Shown: in pieces, positions 48,926 through 62,869 of the stretch
Numbering within the stretch: position 1 is the stretch's first letter
Layout: every line of letters starts with the position of its first letter
Source: Leucoraja ocellata
Taxonomy: Eukaryota
Length of the DNA: 64,000 nucleotides
NCBI GenBank assembly: GCA_036785375.1
Contig: JAWMAR010000013.1
Span: 1,612,001 to 1,676,000, forward strand
Reading direction: 5' to 3'
Position numbers and translations under genes: made by a program
The notes under the pieces: generated by a model
Databases searched by the model: none
Seen by the model: only the letters and a program-made list of their open reading frames with translations
What the model was told of the DNA's origin: nothing

Positions 48926-49399
48926 CTTCAACTTGCCATTGTGCCACCATGTCAGCCATAATACACCATGTATACCTGGGTGTGACCTGCTTTCAATTGT
49001 TCCTCAAATTTCAACATCTACCCTGGGCTCCACTTTCAGCCCATTATAACATGGAAAAAGTCAATTTGGCCCAACAAGTCAATGGTTGCTGTAAGAGCAA
49101 TCCCATCGAGCTCGGTTCCCCATCTCCCTATTTGCCTGTAACCTATCTCTCACTTGGCTATTAGCTCTCCTCTGATTCTTCTGCCATCCAGCTACATGGG
49201 CCCTAGGTTTTGCTTTCAAATGTAGCCTGGGCCTGCCTTCCTATTATGCACTGGGCAGTCTCTTTAGCTTGTGCTCCAAGGTCAGTTTTCCATATAAACA
49301 CAGGCTTTGCGTTCAACATGGGTAGTAGCCACTCATTTTGTCTTATACCCTGGGTTCTGCTAAGTCCAGAAGAGTTGATTGAAGTCCAAAGATCATAGC

Positions 49400-50200
49400 T
49401 GGTGAGGTAGTGGTTGGTGTGCAGTGTTCAAGAGACTCATGGTTGCTGAGAAGAAGCTGTCCTTAAAACTGATGGGCACCTTTTTCAGGCTCCTATACAT
49501 TCTTCCCAATGGTAACAACAAGGTGAGAGCTTGACCAGGGTGGTGTTGATCTTTGGTAATATTGGTTGCCATTTTGAGGTGGCACCCTTATAGATTCCTT
49601 CAATGTTGAGAAGGTGAGTAACCGTCATGGACTGGGCAATGTCTCCACTTTCTGCACCAAGCACTGTTCCAGGGTATTCGTTACCAAAGCAGGCGTGTTG
49701 CAACCTGTCAGTCGTATCTCTACAGTACACTGGTAGAAGTTCGAAAGAGTATTCGGCGACATACCAAATCTCCTTAATTTTCCGAGGCGTTAAGAGCTTT
49801 CTTTGTGATTGCATTGATGTGCTGGGTCCAGGACAGATCTTCATAGATGTGTACGCCCAGGAATTTGAAACTGTTGACTCTCTCCATCTCAGTCCCGTCA
49901 ATGAAGACGGATTTATTAATCGGGACAGGCAGCATCTCTGGAGAGAAGGAATGGGTGACGTTTAAGTCGGGACCCTTCTTCAGACCCGAAGCATCACTCA
50001 TTCCTTCTCTCCAGAGATGCTGCCTGTCCTGCTAAGTTGCTCCAGCTTTTTGTGTCTATCTTCGGTTTAAACCAGCTTCTGCAGTTACTTCCTACACAGG
50101 TTTATTAATTCCTAGCTTGCCCTTCCTGAAGTCAACAATCAGCTCTTCAGTCTTGCGAATGTTGACAGCAAGACTGTTGTTCCGGCAACATTCAATCAGA
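49400..50200 (-). mobile_element. Rex1-like LINE fragment interrupted by a Penelope-derived fold-back element (49921-50100)
   Basis: IDGTEMERVNSFKFLGVHI motif; insert flanked by tttattaat at 49912-49920 and 50101-50109. Confidence 0.75.
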
Positions 50201-50789
50201 TTGTCACCACATCTTCAGCTTCTCAGGCCGTGTCTATTGATCATTAAAACCTAGAAAAAACAGTCATTGACATTGCCCAGAGAGGTCTGCTGAATGTTTA
50301 TTTGAGAGTCGATATGCCCCAGTGTTTCACACGAGCATAGAGTGATTGCCATGCACTTTTAATCAGTTAGTGTATTGAGCGCTGAATCAGTGACCAAAGG
50401 CATTGTTTTGTGTTAAATTTTCTTATTCAATTTATATATTTATGTTGGCAAGTTAAATTCTTTTAACTGCATTTATAACAAAAGGGCTCTTGCAAACATG
50501 TTGAATGGTATTTAGAAACAGACCAACAGTAGCACATTTTCCTCACTATCATTATGTTAGACTGGTGGGAAGTGATGCTTAAAGTAATAGAGTTCAGAGC
50601 CAACTTGGTCCCTTAAGGATGAAGGGAAAGGCCAATAGATTGAAAGAATCCCAGCTGTAGCAGGATATCACAGAGTCATAAAGCACAGAAACATACTACA
50701 GCCCATCAAATCTGTACCAACCATCAAGAACTTGTCAACATTAATCTGACACTAATCCTAATTTATTCTCTTCCAAATCCCATCAACAT

Positions 50790-51062
50790 AGTGCCACAGC
50801 TGGTTGAGCCGTTGCCTCACAGCGCTGGAGACCCAGGTTCGATCCTAACCTCGGGTGCTGTCTGTGCAGTGTTTGTATATTCTCCCCGTGACCACGTGGG
50901 TTTTCTCTGGCTTCTCCAGTTTCCTCCCACATCCCTAAAACGTGTGGGTTTGTAAGCTAATTGGTCTCTGTAAATTGCGTGCAGAGAGTGGGGAAGCGAA
51001 ATAGCATAGAACTAGTGTGGATTCAGTGGCCCAAAGGGCCTGTTTCCATGCTGTATCTTTCA
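50790..51062 (+). mobile_element. V-SINE nested in an opposite-strand SINE (about 50670-51272)
   Basis: GGTTCGATCC B-box and family core; minus-strand family halves lie on both sides. Confidence 0.7.
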
Positions 51063-51639
51063 AATCCTAACATCCCGTGACACATTTGGGACAATTTAAA
51101 ATATCCAATTAATTTACTAACCTGTATGGTTGAGATGTTGGAGAAACCAACAAACCCGGAGGAAACTCAGTTAGCCACAGGGAGAATGGGAAAAATTTCA
51201 TGCAGGTAGCACTGGAGATCAAAATAGAAACTGGGAGCTGGGAGGCAGGGGCTCCGTTAGCTGCACCACTGTGACATCCTTATCACAAGTTGGAAAAAGA
51301 AAAAGTTGTTTTATGGCAGCGAGAGAGAACTGAAAAGTGGTACGCCCCAGAGTCGTGTAGAAAATGTATAGAAAGTCTCTTGGTTGAGAGCAGGATAGGG
51401 CATAAATATGCAATGATTCCTCCATAAAGACTCCTTGCATCCAGGAGCTGAAAATATAAACAACAGCATAGCACTGGAAAGAATCAACAGACTGATTGTT
51501 AAAACCATTGATTTCAAATATATCCAGTTTGACTGTGGAATGGACAATAAATGGTGTTGGAGATTATAAAATGAGAGGGAAGAGTGGGAGAAAATGTGAG
51601 GTGAAACACTAAAACATATTCTGTTCTTGCTACCCACAG

Positions 51640-51713
51640 AGCTCTGCCCAAACGTGGTGAATCAACATTGTTTGGCCTCCATCAAATACCTCTTACATAA
51701 ACACTTTGTGGAG
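51640..51713 (+). CDS. EXD3: EXD3 exon (ELCPNVVNQHCLASIKYLLHKHFVE)
   Basis: cacag / GTAAGT, 74 bp, phase 1-0; resembles human ALCPNAAIQQRLAALRHLCHKRFVE. Confidence 0.93.
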
Positions 51714-53120
51714 GTAAGTCCCATTTTACAAGTTGTGGGTGGTCTGAGCAAACATTTGAATTGCCCTGAATGCTTTACTCTATTGTTCTTTGTAATGGCT
51801 CAGAGGCCCCAGTCTCTCTTTAAAAACTAAACTCTGGACAAATTCAGCGGGTCAGGCTGCATCTGTGGGGCTAAAAGGTGTATGTCGACCTATTGGGTCA
51901 AGTGAGACCCTTCATCAGGACTCGAAACATCGACCCACCTTTTACTTCCACAGATGGTGCATGACACATTGAGTTGTCACAATGTTTTGTTTTCTTTGTT
52001 CCAGATTCTAGCATCTGCAATCTCTTGTGTCTTCTCCCTGTGTCTTTATTATCTCTTTCTCACTCTGTCCCATTTTCTGGATTTAATGTGTATCATTCAC
52101 AATGTCACCACCAGCCAAGCAACATCTTAAGGCTTATTTGAAGGTTCTGGTGATGTATCACTTTACCAAATGTTTTATTTTCTGTTTGCTCATGAACTGT
52201 CTGTCGGGATAATAATTTAATCTCAGACCTTCTCCTTAATCAAAACTGCAACTCCACCTCTACCTCTATTCCGTCTGTATACTTGTACAATAGGCAATAG
52301 ACAATAGCTGCAGGAGTAGGCCATTCGGCCCTTCGAGCCAGCACCGCCATTCAATGTGATCATGGCTGATCATCCCCAATCAGTACCCCGTTCCTGCCTT
52401 CTCCCCATATCCCCTGACTCCACTATTTATAAGAGCCCTATCTAGCTCTCTCTTGAAAGCATCCAGAGAACCTGCCTCCACCGCCCTCTGAGGCAGAGAA
52501 TTCCACAGACTTGTACCATGGAACATTAAGCTCCAGCATCTGCTGTTCCTTGTTTCAACATTAACCTGCCTCTCATGTCCCTCCCTAAGCCATGTTTTTA
52601 TAATATCTACAATATCCCAGTCCCCTGTACTTATCCATGCTCTGAGTTCATCTGCTTTACCTGACAGGCCTCTTGCATTGAAATAGATGCAATTTACTCC
52701 AGCAAGTCTTCCCTCTCTCCCTGCAGTGCTCCTGCCTGTCTTGTCTAGCAGGATGTTTGCTGCTTGTGTATCCTATTCCATCATTATCGGTTGTATATGC
52801 GTAATAAGAGGAGCAAGTAACTCTTTTTGTTTTTTACCCTTCTGATCTGATTGCATAGCCCAATCTCACTAGTTTCATTTAATTAGTCAGAGTATGACAT
52901 CTTGAGCTTTCTTTCAGTTTTGACTCAATCACATTACCTTGCTAATGATAATTTATAAATGGCGATTCATTTATATCCAGACTATTGGAGAGTATTGTAA
53001 AGCCCCTGTTTTCTGACTTTGATGACATTTGCAATGCCAGTATTGTCAAATGTGTAGTATTTTGTTAGGAAGGGTGGTGTTGGAGATAGCAAGTTGCTTA
53101 TTGTCTTTTTCTCCTCACAG

Positions 53121-53159
53121 AAAACTATAACTGAAGAGAATTGGGCTGAACACATAGAG
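53121..53159 (+). CDS. EXD3: EXD3 exon (KTITEENWAEHIE)
   Basis: Long pyrimidine tract + CAG, GTGCGT donor, 39 bp; resembles human KSLSQENWTDHVQ. Confidence 0.92.
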
Positions 53160-53384
53160 GTGCGTTTTCTTGTCTTCAATAGGTATCATATTCTTCAACA
53201 GGTCTTGTAGAATCTTTCAATATTTTAGCAGTGTTGATTCATAGTTTGATGGACTTTATTGACACAACAACAACGTCACATTTAAGGAATGTACTTTATG
53301 TTGCAAGATAACTATGTGTCACACTACACTGCTTTTACACAACATCCCTCTTGCATTAAAGGGCAACATTCTATTGCTTTGCTA

Positions 53385-53677
53385 GTTTAGTTTAGGAATA
53401 CTGCATGGAAACAGGCTCTTTGGCCCACCAAGTCCACTCCTAGCATCAATCATCTGTTCATACTGGTTCTACACTCTACACATCAGCAGCAATTTCCAGT
53501 GGCCAATTAACCTACAAACCCACACAACGTGGCAGAAAACCGGATCACCAAGAGAAAACCCACATGGTCCCAGGGAGAACGTGCAAAGTCCACACATAAG
53601 CACCCGAGGTCAGGATCGAACATGGGTTTCTGGTGCTATGTGGCGGCAGCTCTACCAGCTGCTCAACTGTGCTGCCC
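53385..53677 (-). mobile_element. V-SINE (HE1-like)
   Basis: Full-length reverse copy from the gtttagttta tail to the gctgccc head. Confidence 0.8.
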
Positions 53678-56109
53678 TTGGTGGTACTTGTTTTACCTGC
53701 CTGTTAAACTGTGTAATTGTGCACAGGAGTTTTGTACAGCAGAATTTTGGCGTCTTTCTCTATTCTAACATTTCAGTAAAACTCTGATATTCCGACATGC
53801 CCCAGCACTTTGGTGATGACTGAGTTGTAGATTTCCTGGACTCTGGGATGTTATTATATTAATTGGCCAATCCACTTTTTATCCACTTTTTTTTAAAAAG
53901 ATGTTGACCGCATTGTAATAAACTTTCCCCTGAACCAGGTAAGTTGAAATGTAGTGTGGGAACTGAAGCCCTGGTGAGTGGAAAGGCAGCACAGGAGCTG
54001 GAGCTCCAGTGAATGGGAAGAGAGCATGTAACTGGGGGCCTGTTGAGTGGACAGAATGTATAGGAACTGGGAACTCGGTGATGGGGAAAGGGATAAACGT
54101 AAATATTATCTGATGAATCCAGTGCTGAATTATTGGGACGCTGAATCATTAGTTTGCAGATTAAATGAGTCTTACTGTACTCTGTTTATTTTTTATTCGG
54201 GTTAAAACCCATTGCCATATTTGCCACTTGCCACTCTTTTGAACTATCTATATATCTTTGCAGTGTCCGTACATATTTCTCACAACTAATTTTCCCACTT
54301 CTGAGCATCATCAGTAAATTCAGCAAGAATACACTTGGTCCCTTCATCTTAGTTACTTACCAAGAATTGCAATAGTTGAGGCGCCAGCATTGTTCCCTGT
54401 GGAGCCTGACAATAATACAATTTTTCCTGACTGTTCAGGTTAGTTAGTCAATCGTTTACCCAAACTAATATTTTCCCCACAATCATGAGCGCTTACCTTT
54501 TCTTTGATACCTGGTCAAATCCCTCTGGAAATCCAATACACAACATCTGTGGGTTTCTCTCCTCATTACTTCCTCAAAAGATTCTAATAAATTTGTCAAA
54601 CACAATTTATCTTTCATAAAATCATGTTTCCTTAACAATGGATTCTTAATAGACAATATAAGCCTAGGTTTTGGGTAAATAATTAAAATACAGTGGAAGA
54701 CAGCCAAGGTATTGATAAATAAAGCAAAAGCAGAATGCAAGAACAGGCTGCTGAGAAATTAAAAGCAGATTGTAAAAGTTTCTTTGGATGAAAAGATTAG
54801 CTAAAGTTAATGTGGGTCAGTTACTGATTAATTCTTGGATGGCTGGTTTGACTTATGGGAGATTATGTTGACCAGGCCTGTATTCTCTCTGGTTTAGAAC
54901 AATGGGAACTGATGTCATTAAAACGTACAAAATTCTTGTGGGCTTTGATAGGATAGATATGAAGTTGATTCTCTGCCTCACTGGGGTGTTCAGAGCCAGT
55001 AGCGTCAAAGAGCCATAAAGCATGGAAACAGGCCATTTGGCTCATTACATCCATAACGACCAGCGGGTGCCGATGCACATTAATCCAATCTTCCAGCACT
55101 TGGCCCATTGCCGTCTGTGTTTAGGGGGTGTAAAGGCTTGTCTGGACACTTATATGTTGTCATTGCCTTTGCTTGCACAGTTCTCTTGCAGGTACTTACC
55201 AATCTCTGGACGAGAAAGGTACCCTTCTCCTCGGATGAAAAGAAATTGCTTTGCCAAGAGAGAAATTTGGAACTGTTTGGAATATTCTGCCTGAGGGAAC
55301 TGTGGAGGCTCAATCGTACGCTTTTAAGGCAGAGATCAATCTTTTTTTAGGTATTAAGGGACCCAGTATGTGGCATTAGTGCAGGGAAGTGATGATCTGA
55401 TTGAATGACGAAGCAGGCCTGAAGGGTCCCCTGCTACTATTTCTCTCATGCCTCCTGCTTTGGATTTTCTATTATTATTGAATTGCTTTTAGTGGCTTCT
55501 GCCATGACGACTTATGTAAAATATTTATTCAGGGTCTCTGCCATTCCCTTATTTCCCATAATTAATTGCCTAATTTCATTCTCTAAGGACCAACATTTAC
55601 GTTCCTTGTTTCCTTTTTGCATAATGATAGAATCTATCAATGACGGCTTGTGTGTTTTGCTAGTTAACTCTCAAAATCCTATTTTTTTCTCCCACTTGAT
55701 TACATGTTAGTCATCCTTTGATTTCTAAAATTCCCAATCTTCTCACTGCCATGAATTATTATATCCTTCCTTTCAATTAGATATAGTTCTGTTGTTTGCC
55801 ACAAATGAATCATCCAAGTTGATCCATCATTTTTCAACAGAATAAATTTTCATTGAGAATTATGAAATGTGTATTTAAACATCTGCCATGACTCATCTTC
55901 AATGCTGCTGTTATTCATTTATAGTGGCCTTTATTTAAATTGACGAACCTAATTTCAGATCTAAGCAGTAATAGAAAATGGTAGAAACACTCAGCAGGTC
56001 AAGCATTAGCAATACGGAGAGAAACGGAGAGGTCATAATTGATTTTCTATTGTACCTTCATTTTTCCTGTGCTTCCGCTCTTGCCCGCTCTCCTCCCAGA
56101 CAGAATGAG

Positions 56110-58760
56110 CGTAAAGTTTCCTCTGTTGGTAAGGAATGAAATTCAATCCCTTGGGAGGGATGACATAGAATCAGGAGATGTAGAGTCAGTATGGATAGAA
56201 CTGAGGAATTGTAAGGGTAAAAAGACGCTAATGGGAGTTATCTACAGGCCCCCCAAACACTAGCCTGGATATAGGGTGCAAGTTTAATCAAGAGTTACAA
56301 TTGGCATGCCACAACGGTAATGCTACGGTGTTTATGGAAGATTTCAACATGCAGGTAGACTGGGAAAATCAGGTTAGTACTGGACCCCAAGAAGGGGAGT
56401 TTGTGGAGTGCCTCCGAGATGGATTCTTAGAGCATCTTGTACTGGAGCCTTCCAGGGAGAAAGCAATTCTGGATTTGTGTAATGAACCGGATTTGATAAG
56501 GGAACTCGAGGTAAAGGAGCCATTAGGAGGTAGACCATAATATGATAAATTTTAATCTGCAATTTGAGAAGGAGAAGGGAAAATCGGAAGTGTCAGTATT
56601 ACAGTTGAGCAAAGGAGACTATGGAGCCACGAGGGAGGAGCTGGCCAAAGTTGAGTGAAAAGAGACCTTAGCAGAGATGACAGTGGAACAACAATGGCAG
56701 GTATTTCTGGGAATAACACAGAAGGTACCGGATCAGTTCATTCCAAAGAGGAAGAAAGATTCTAAGAGGAGTAAAAGGCGACTGTACCTGACAAAGGAAG
56801 TCAAGGGCAGTATAAAAATAAAAGAGAAGTATAACATATCAAAGATGAGTGGGAAGACAGAGGATTGGGAAACTTTCAAAGAGCAACAGAAGATAACTAA
56901 AAAGGCTATATGGGAAGAAAAGATGAGGGACAAAGGTAAGCTAGCCAAGAATATAAAGGAGGATAGTAAAAGCTTCTTTAGGTATGTGAAGAGGAAAAAA
57001 AATAGTTAAGACCAAAGTTGGACCCTTGAAACAGAAACAGGTGAATTTATTAAGGGGAACAAGGAAATGGCAGATGAGTTGAACAGGTACTTTGGCTATG
57101 TCTTCTCTAAGGAAGACACAAACAATCTCCCAGGTGTATTAGTGACCAGAGGAACCTAGGGTGACGGAGGTACTGAAGGAAATTCACATTAGGCAGAAAA
57201 TGGTGTTGGGTAGAGTGATGGGACTGAAAGCTGATAAATCCCCAGGGCCTGATGGTCTGCATCTCAGGGTACTTAAGGAAGTGGCTCTAGAAATCATGGA
57301 TGCATTGGTAAGTTGTTTTCCAATGTCCTATAGATTCAGGATCAGTTCCTGTGGATTGGAGGGTAGCTAATGTTATTCAATTTTTTAAGAAAGGAGGGAG
57401 AGATAAAACAGGGAATTATAGACCGATTAGCCTGACATCCGTGGTGGGGAAGATGCTGGAATCAATTATAAAATATGAAATAGCGGCACATTTGGATAGC
57501 AGTGATAGGATCGGTCCAAGTCAGCATGGATTTACAAAGGGGAAATCATGCTTGACTAATCTTCTGGAATCTTTTGAGGATGTAACTGGGAAAATGGACA
57601 AAGAAGAGCCAGTGGATGTAGTGTACCTGGACTTTCAGAAAGCCTTTGATAAGGTCCCACATAGGAGGTTAGTGGGCAAAATTAGAGCACATGGTATTGG
57701 AGGTAGGGTTCTGACATGGATAGAAAATTGGTTGGCAGACAGGAAACAAAGAGTGGGGACTAACGAGTCTCTTTCAGAATGGCAGGCAGTGACTAGTGGG
57801 GTACCGCATGGCTCGGTGCTGGGACAGCAGCTATTTACAATATCCATTGATGATTTAGATGAGGGGATTGGGGGTAACATTAGCAAATTTGCAGATGACA
57901 CAAAGCTGGGTGGCAGTGTGAACTGTGAGGAGGATACTATGAGGATGCAGGGCGACTTGGACAGATTGGGTGAGTGTGCAGATGCATGGCAGATGCAGTT
58001 TAATGTAGATAAATGAGGTTATCCACTTTGGTGGCAAAAATAGGAAGGCAGATTATTATCTGAATGGTGTCATCCTATGAAAAGGGGAAGTACAACAAGA
58101 TCTGGGTGTCCTAGTTCATCAGTTACTGAAGGTAAGCATGCAGGTGCAGCAGGCAGTGAAGAAAGCTAATGGCATGTTGGCCTTCATAACAAGAGGAGTT
58201 GCGTACAGGGCCCTAGTGAGACCACACCTGAAATATTGTGTGCCGTTTTGGTCTCTAAATCTGAGGAAGGACATTCTTGATATTGAGGGAGTGCAGCGTA
58301 GGTTCACAAGGTTAATTCCTGGGATGGCGGGACTGTCATATGTTAAAAGAATGGAGTGACTGGGCTTATATACACTGGAATTTAGAAGGATGACGGGATC
58401 TTATTGAAACATATAGGATTATTACAGGATTGGACACGCTTGAAGGAGGAAACATGTTGCCGACGTTGGGGGAGTCCAGAACCCCAGGCCACAGTTTAAG
58501 TATATGGGGTAGGCCATTTAGAGCGGAGATGAGGAAAAACTTTTTTACCCAGAGAGTTGTGAATCTGTGCAATTCTCTGCTTCAGAAGGCAGTGGAGGCC
58601 AATTCTCTGGATGCTTTCAAGATAGAGCTCTTAAAGATAGGGGATATTTGGAGAAGACAGGAACGGGGTACTGATTGTGGATTATCAGCCATGATCACAA
58701 TGAATGGCGGTGCTGGCTTGAAGGGCTTAATGACCTACTCCTGCACCTATTGTCTATTGT
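56110..58760 (+). mobile_element. Long CR1 LINE copy (APE endonuclease C-terminus, RT, 3' UTR), disrupted
   Basis: VESVWIEL..GVIYRPP, NYRPISLTS, YLDFQKAFDKVPH, SGVP.GSVLG, FADDTKL across several frameshifted ORFs; ctattgt tail. Confidence 0.93.
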
Positions 58761-59910
58761 CCTCACCTTCCACATTCAATGGATTTTTAGTTTCCATCAC
58801 CTCTCACTGGATTCCATCACCATACACACCTTCCCCTTCCCTCCCCTTTCAATGAGCCCTCAGTAATTTCCTGGTCCACTCTCCCATCTCCACACCTACT
58901 CTCCTTCCCGTAACACTTTCCCATATAAGAGCGAGGGGTTCACTAATGTGTCCTTTTACCATGTCCCTTCCCACTATCCAGGCATCCAAATTGTCCTTCC
59001 ATGTAAAGCAATGATTCACTTGCACTTCTTCTAATCTAGGGCATTTTATGTTGACAATGAAATTTCTACATTGGAGCAACTAAATGTAGAAGGGATGACC
59101 ACATAAACTGCTATTCAGTCTGTCCCGCTGACCCAAAGCTCCTAGTTGCCAGCCTCTTTCATTCTCCTTTACACTTCAAGAGTCAAGAGTGTTTAATTGT
59201 TGTATGTACCAACATCAGAACAATGTAATTCTTACTTGCAGTAGCATAACAGGTCTATATATCAAAGATAGTCCATAGTTCAGTCGAGTTAATGTTTTGT
59301 AGTGTTCAAGAGCCAGATCATTGTTGGGAAGAAGTTATTGTTGAATCAGATGGTCACGGCTTTCAGACTCTTATACCTTTTTCCGGATGGTCAGGGGGAA
59401 ATGAGAGCATGGCCAGGGTGGTGTGGGTCTTTGATGATGCCGTCTGCCTTTTGCAGGCAGCGCCTCCTATAGATGCCTTTAATGTTACGGTCAGTACCCA
59501 TGACGGACCAGACCATATCCACCACTTTTTGTAATCTTCGTCCAATCTGGGCCCTCTGTTTGTAGCCTCTTGGAGGGGCTACACTTGATCTCTTGCTTCA
59601 TTCATTCTTGTTCCTTCTCACGATCTCCGTTACATTCCTCATGTCTCTATCTGGTCAGCACGTTGCCATATCCTGGTTTGCTAACTGCTCTCTTCCTTCT
59701 CTGGCGTTGCTGTTTTTACATTGTATTAACATAATTAGGATCACCAACTTTCTTGTCTGACCCATGTCTCTTGGATCTGGGCCTCATAAGGTACTCATTC
59801 CATTGACTGCAAGACTGTACTCCATCTCCATCTCATCCCATGGTACTTTACTCTGATCAGACACCATCATCTGTTCTGGATTTCATCCGATGCAAATGTT
59901 TGTCTTTCAG

Positions 59911-60077
59911 GGTTTGGTTGGACAGAACACCTGGCTGCAGATCCAGTTTATAGGTTTACTGGGAAAGTACACTGATCTGGACACAGTGGCTCACTGGGCC
60001 TTGAGGCTAAATGTGCCACAAGAGAAATTACCACAACCTGTCGCCAAATGGCTTAAGCAGCTGGAAAAAGACAAAGG
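59911..60077 (+). CDS. EXD3: EXD3 exon (GLVGQNTWLQIQFIGLL...KDKG)
   Basis: tttcag / GTATGT, 167 bp, phase 0-2; resembles human GLVGQSPWLQEQL. Confidence 0.94.
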
Positions 60078-60261
60078 GTATGTTTTTCAATATTTTTCGA
60101 ACACTTATTTCAATACTTCGTCATGTTAAGTAACACCTAGTAACGTTCTTGCAGTGTGATTTGTCTTCATTAAACCCATCTATTGACACATTCTCATGCA
60201 TTGCAACTGGGCGCTGTGCCTCACCCTCACTCCTACTAGTAATTATTCCATGAATGAATAA

Positions 60262-60530
60262 GGGTGGCGCAGTGGTAGAGTATGTAACAGCCTTACAGAG
60301 CCAGAGATCCGGGTTCAATCCTGACATCAGGTGCTGTCTGTACTGCGTTTGTACGTTCTCCCTGTCACCACGTGGGTTTTCTCTCCCACACTCCAAAGAC
60401 GTACAAGTTTGTAGGCTTTGGTAAAATTGTAATATTGTCCCTAGTGTGTAGGAAAGTGTTAGTGTACGGGGTGATCGTTGGTCGGCGCGGACCCGGTGGA
60501 CCTGTTTCCGCGCTGTATCTAAAGTCTAAA
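60262..60530 (+). mobile_element. V-SINE (HE1-like)
   Basis: A-box-like ggtggcgcagtggtagag, B-box gggttcaatcc, family core and ctaaagtctaaa tail. Confidence 0.8.
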
Positions 60531-61500
60531 GAATAAATCAGAATTACTGACATTTTATGAAAATAGATAAATGCCGAGATGGCCTGTCTCCGTGCTGTAA
60601 TTGTTAGAATTATGCAAAGTGGGCTTGGGTTTAGTTTTATTATTGTCCTGTGTATCAAGGTACAATAAAAATCTTTGTTTTGCATGCTAACCAATCAGAT
60701 AATACAATACATGAATAGAAATTGAGTTAAACCCAAGTACAACAGTTTAGGTGTAGCTTAGTTTAGGTTTATTGTCATGTGCATCAAGGTACAGTGAAAA
60801 GCTTTGTTTTGTATGCTCTCTAATCAGATCAGATAATTCTTTAGATAAATACAATCAAGTCAAATTCAAGTACAATAGGTAATGCAAAAGCCATGGCACA
60901 GAAGACTCTGGGATGAGAGCTAGTACCCCTGTATATGGGATTTGTACAGCTGGCATGGGCACTGTTTCTGTGCTCTAGAACTCTGATTCCGTTTGCTTTC
61001 TCATTTTAATTGCTGTCATTAACATGTTAACCAGGTGGTTATGTAAGCATCAGGATTACCCGGACAACCATGGCTTCACCCTATCCGAGATTTTTTTTTT
61101 CTTCCCACCATCTTTCCACGCTCCTTTTTGCAATTTATAACAATTCTTTACTCACTTTCCCAGTTCCGGTGAATTTTAACATTAACAGTGAACGTTAACT
61201 ACTCCACGTTCCCAAGAATGCCGTCTGACCTGATGAGTGTTTCCAGCATTTTCTGTTTGTGTCTCTGGAAAATTGGGGATTGTGAGGAAAATATAGTTGC
61301 GGTCAAGAATCTGCTCAGCCATCGTCTGAATGAATGACGGAGCCGCCTTGAGGGGCCCTGTGGCCAACACCCGCTCTTTTTCATTGTGTTCTTACATAAC
61401 CATGGTCCAATTGTGATGCAGTCCTTCAGTTTACATGATATCCCGGGATCTTATTTTTGTCTTCTGCACTGATGCTTGAATCTAATTCTTACATTCACAG

Positions 61501-61654
61501 TTACAGAACTGGTTTAGAGAAGAGTTTCAAAGTGCAGAGTCTCGAGGAGAAAGAGAAAAAGAGGAACTTCTACCAGTTACCAATTCCCACAGAGAGTATC
61601 CACATTGTTGAGCATCTGGAACAATTAACGAGCTGTGCATCTCGGGTACTGCAG
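61501..61654 (+). CDS. EXD3: EXD3 exon (YRTGLEK...FYQLPIPTESIH...RVLQ)
   Basis: cacag acceptor (alternative in-frame acceptor at 61506), GTTAGA donor, 154 bp, phase 2-0; resembles human YYQLPIPRENVH. Confidence 0.92.
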
Positions 61655-62581
61655 GTTAGAGCCACAAATCCCTTGTATAATAGGTGTGACCCGGGTCAGA
61701 CCGAGTTCATCTATTATTTCCCACTCTTATTCATACTGACCTATTCTTTCTTTCCCTTATCTAACACTTTACCCCTGTGCTTCATTCCCAGTGTTCATTC
61801 CTTACCCTCTAACTGGCAGCTTCCCCCCCTTCCCTAACCAAGTTCCTCCTCTCTCTGGCTGAACCTATCCCTCTCTATCCTTCTACTCCCCAGTACCACT
61901 CTCTTTAACCTCTCTGCTCCCCAGTAGTACTTTCTCTTCCCTTTGGCACTACTGCCCCTACTTCCTGTTTCTCTATGCTTCCTCCCACAAGCTTACCACA
62001 ATGTGCATTTCAGATTCTATCTCTGCCCCCTAGTGCCCCTCTCTGTCTGCAATAACCTCACTTTGCACCAAACCCTTCTCTTTCTAGGTCCCCACCAGTC
62101 CCCTTCTCTGCCCCTCTTCACCCGCTGTGTCTCTCTCCCACTCAGTTATGTTCCTTCATCAGTCGTTCCGCTACTCCTGCTGTGTCTCTTCCTGCCTACA
62201 ACGACTCTCCCCTCACCTGCTGTGTCTCTCTCCCCCTCAACTATGTTCCCCCTTCCATCTTTCCATCACCCGTGCTGTGTCTCTCCCTTCCCACAGTGTC
62301 TCTCTTCTCACTCATTGAGTCTCTCACCCTCGCTCCCATTAACCTCTCATCCCTACTCCTTCCCTGCCCCATCCACCTATGCCCCTGACTTCCACCCCCA
62401 TCACCCACTCCTTTCTTCACCATTTTCCCTGCTATTTCTCTTGAGGTTTATATCTGTCTTCCTTTGCTAACGGTCTCCCATATCTGTCAGTATCTGGTGT
62501 TTTTCATATGCTTGGGTTAATGCTGCTTCCTGTGGTATTTGTGCTATTGCCACTCTTGCAATGTCTGTATTTTTGTTGTAG

Positions 62582-62795
62582 GCCGGTGGTGTCGTGGGCA
62601 TTGACATGGAATGGAGGCCAACGTTCACGGCCTGGACCAAGGCCCGGGTGTCCATCCTGCAGATCGCTTTGAAGGATCATGTCTACCTTCTGGACCTGCC
62701 TCAGCTGGTGAAGGAGTCAGAATCTCCTGGCCGTGAACTTGAGTTTGCACAATTCATACAGTCGTTGTTTAGTAACAGAACTATAACTAAACTAG
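62582..62795 (+). CDS. EXD3: EXD3 exon: start of the DEDD 3'-5' exonuclease domain (VVGIDMEWRP..VSILQIA..VYLLD..ITKLG)
   Basis: tgtag / GTATCT, 214 bp, phase 0-1; ExoI D-x-E motif intact; resembles human VVGVDVEWTP..LLQVA..VFLLD..ITKLG. Confidence 0.96.
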
Positions 62796-62869
62796 GTATC
62801 TTAAACAGAATGGGTTATGATGAACCAGTGCAGATTTTGTTTAATTTTTTCATTTTTTCCTGAACCGTA

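Noticed and set aside
60262-60330. tRNA gene
   Set aside because: A and B boxes belong to a SINE head that continues into the SINE body; no full cloverleaf
61943-62470. 175-aa Pro/Leu/Ser-rich ORF
   Set aside because: Product of a pyrimidine-rich low-complexity intron between two EXD3 exons
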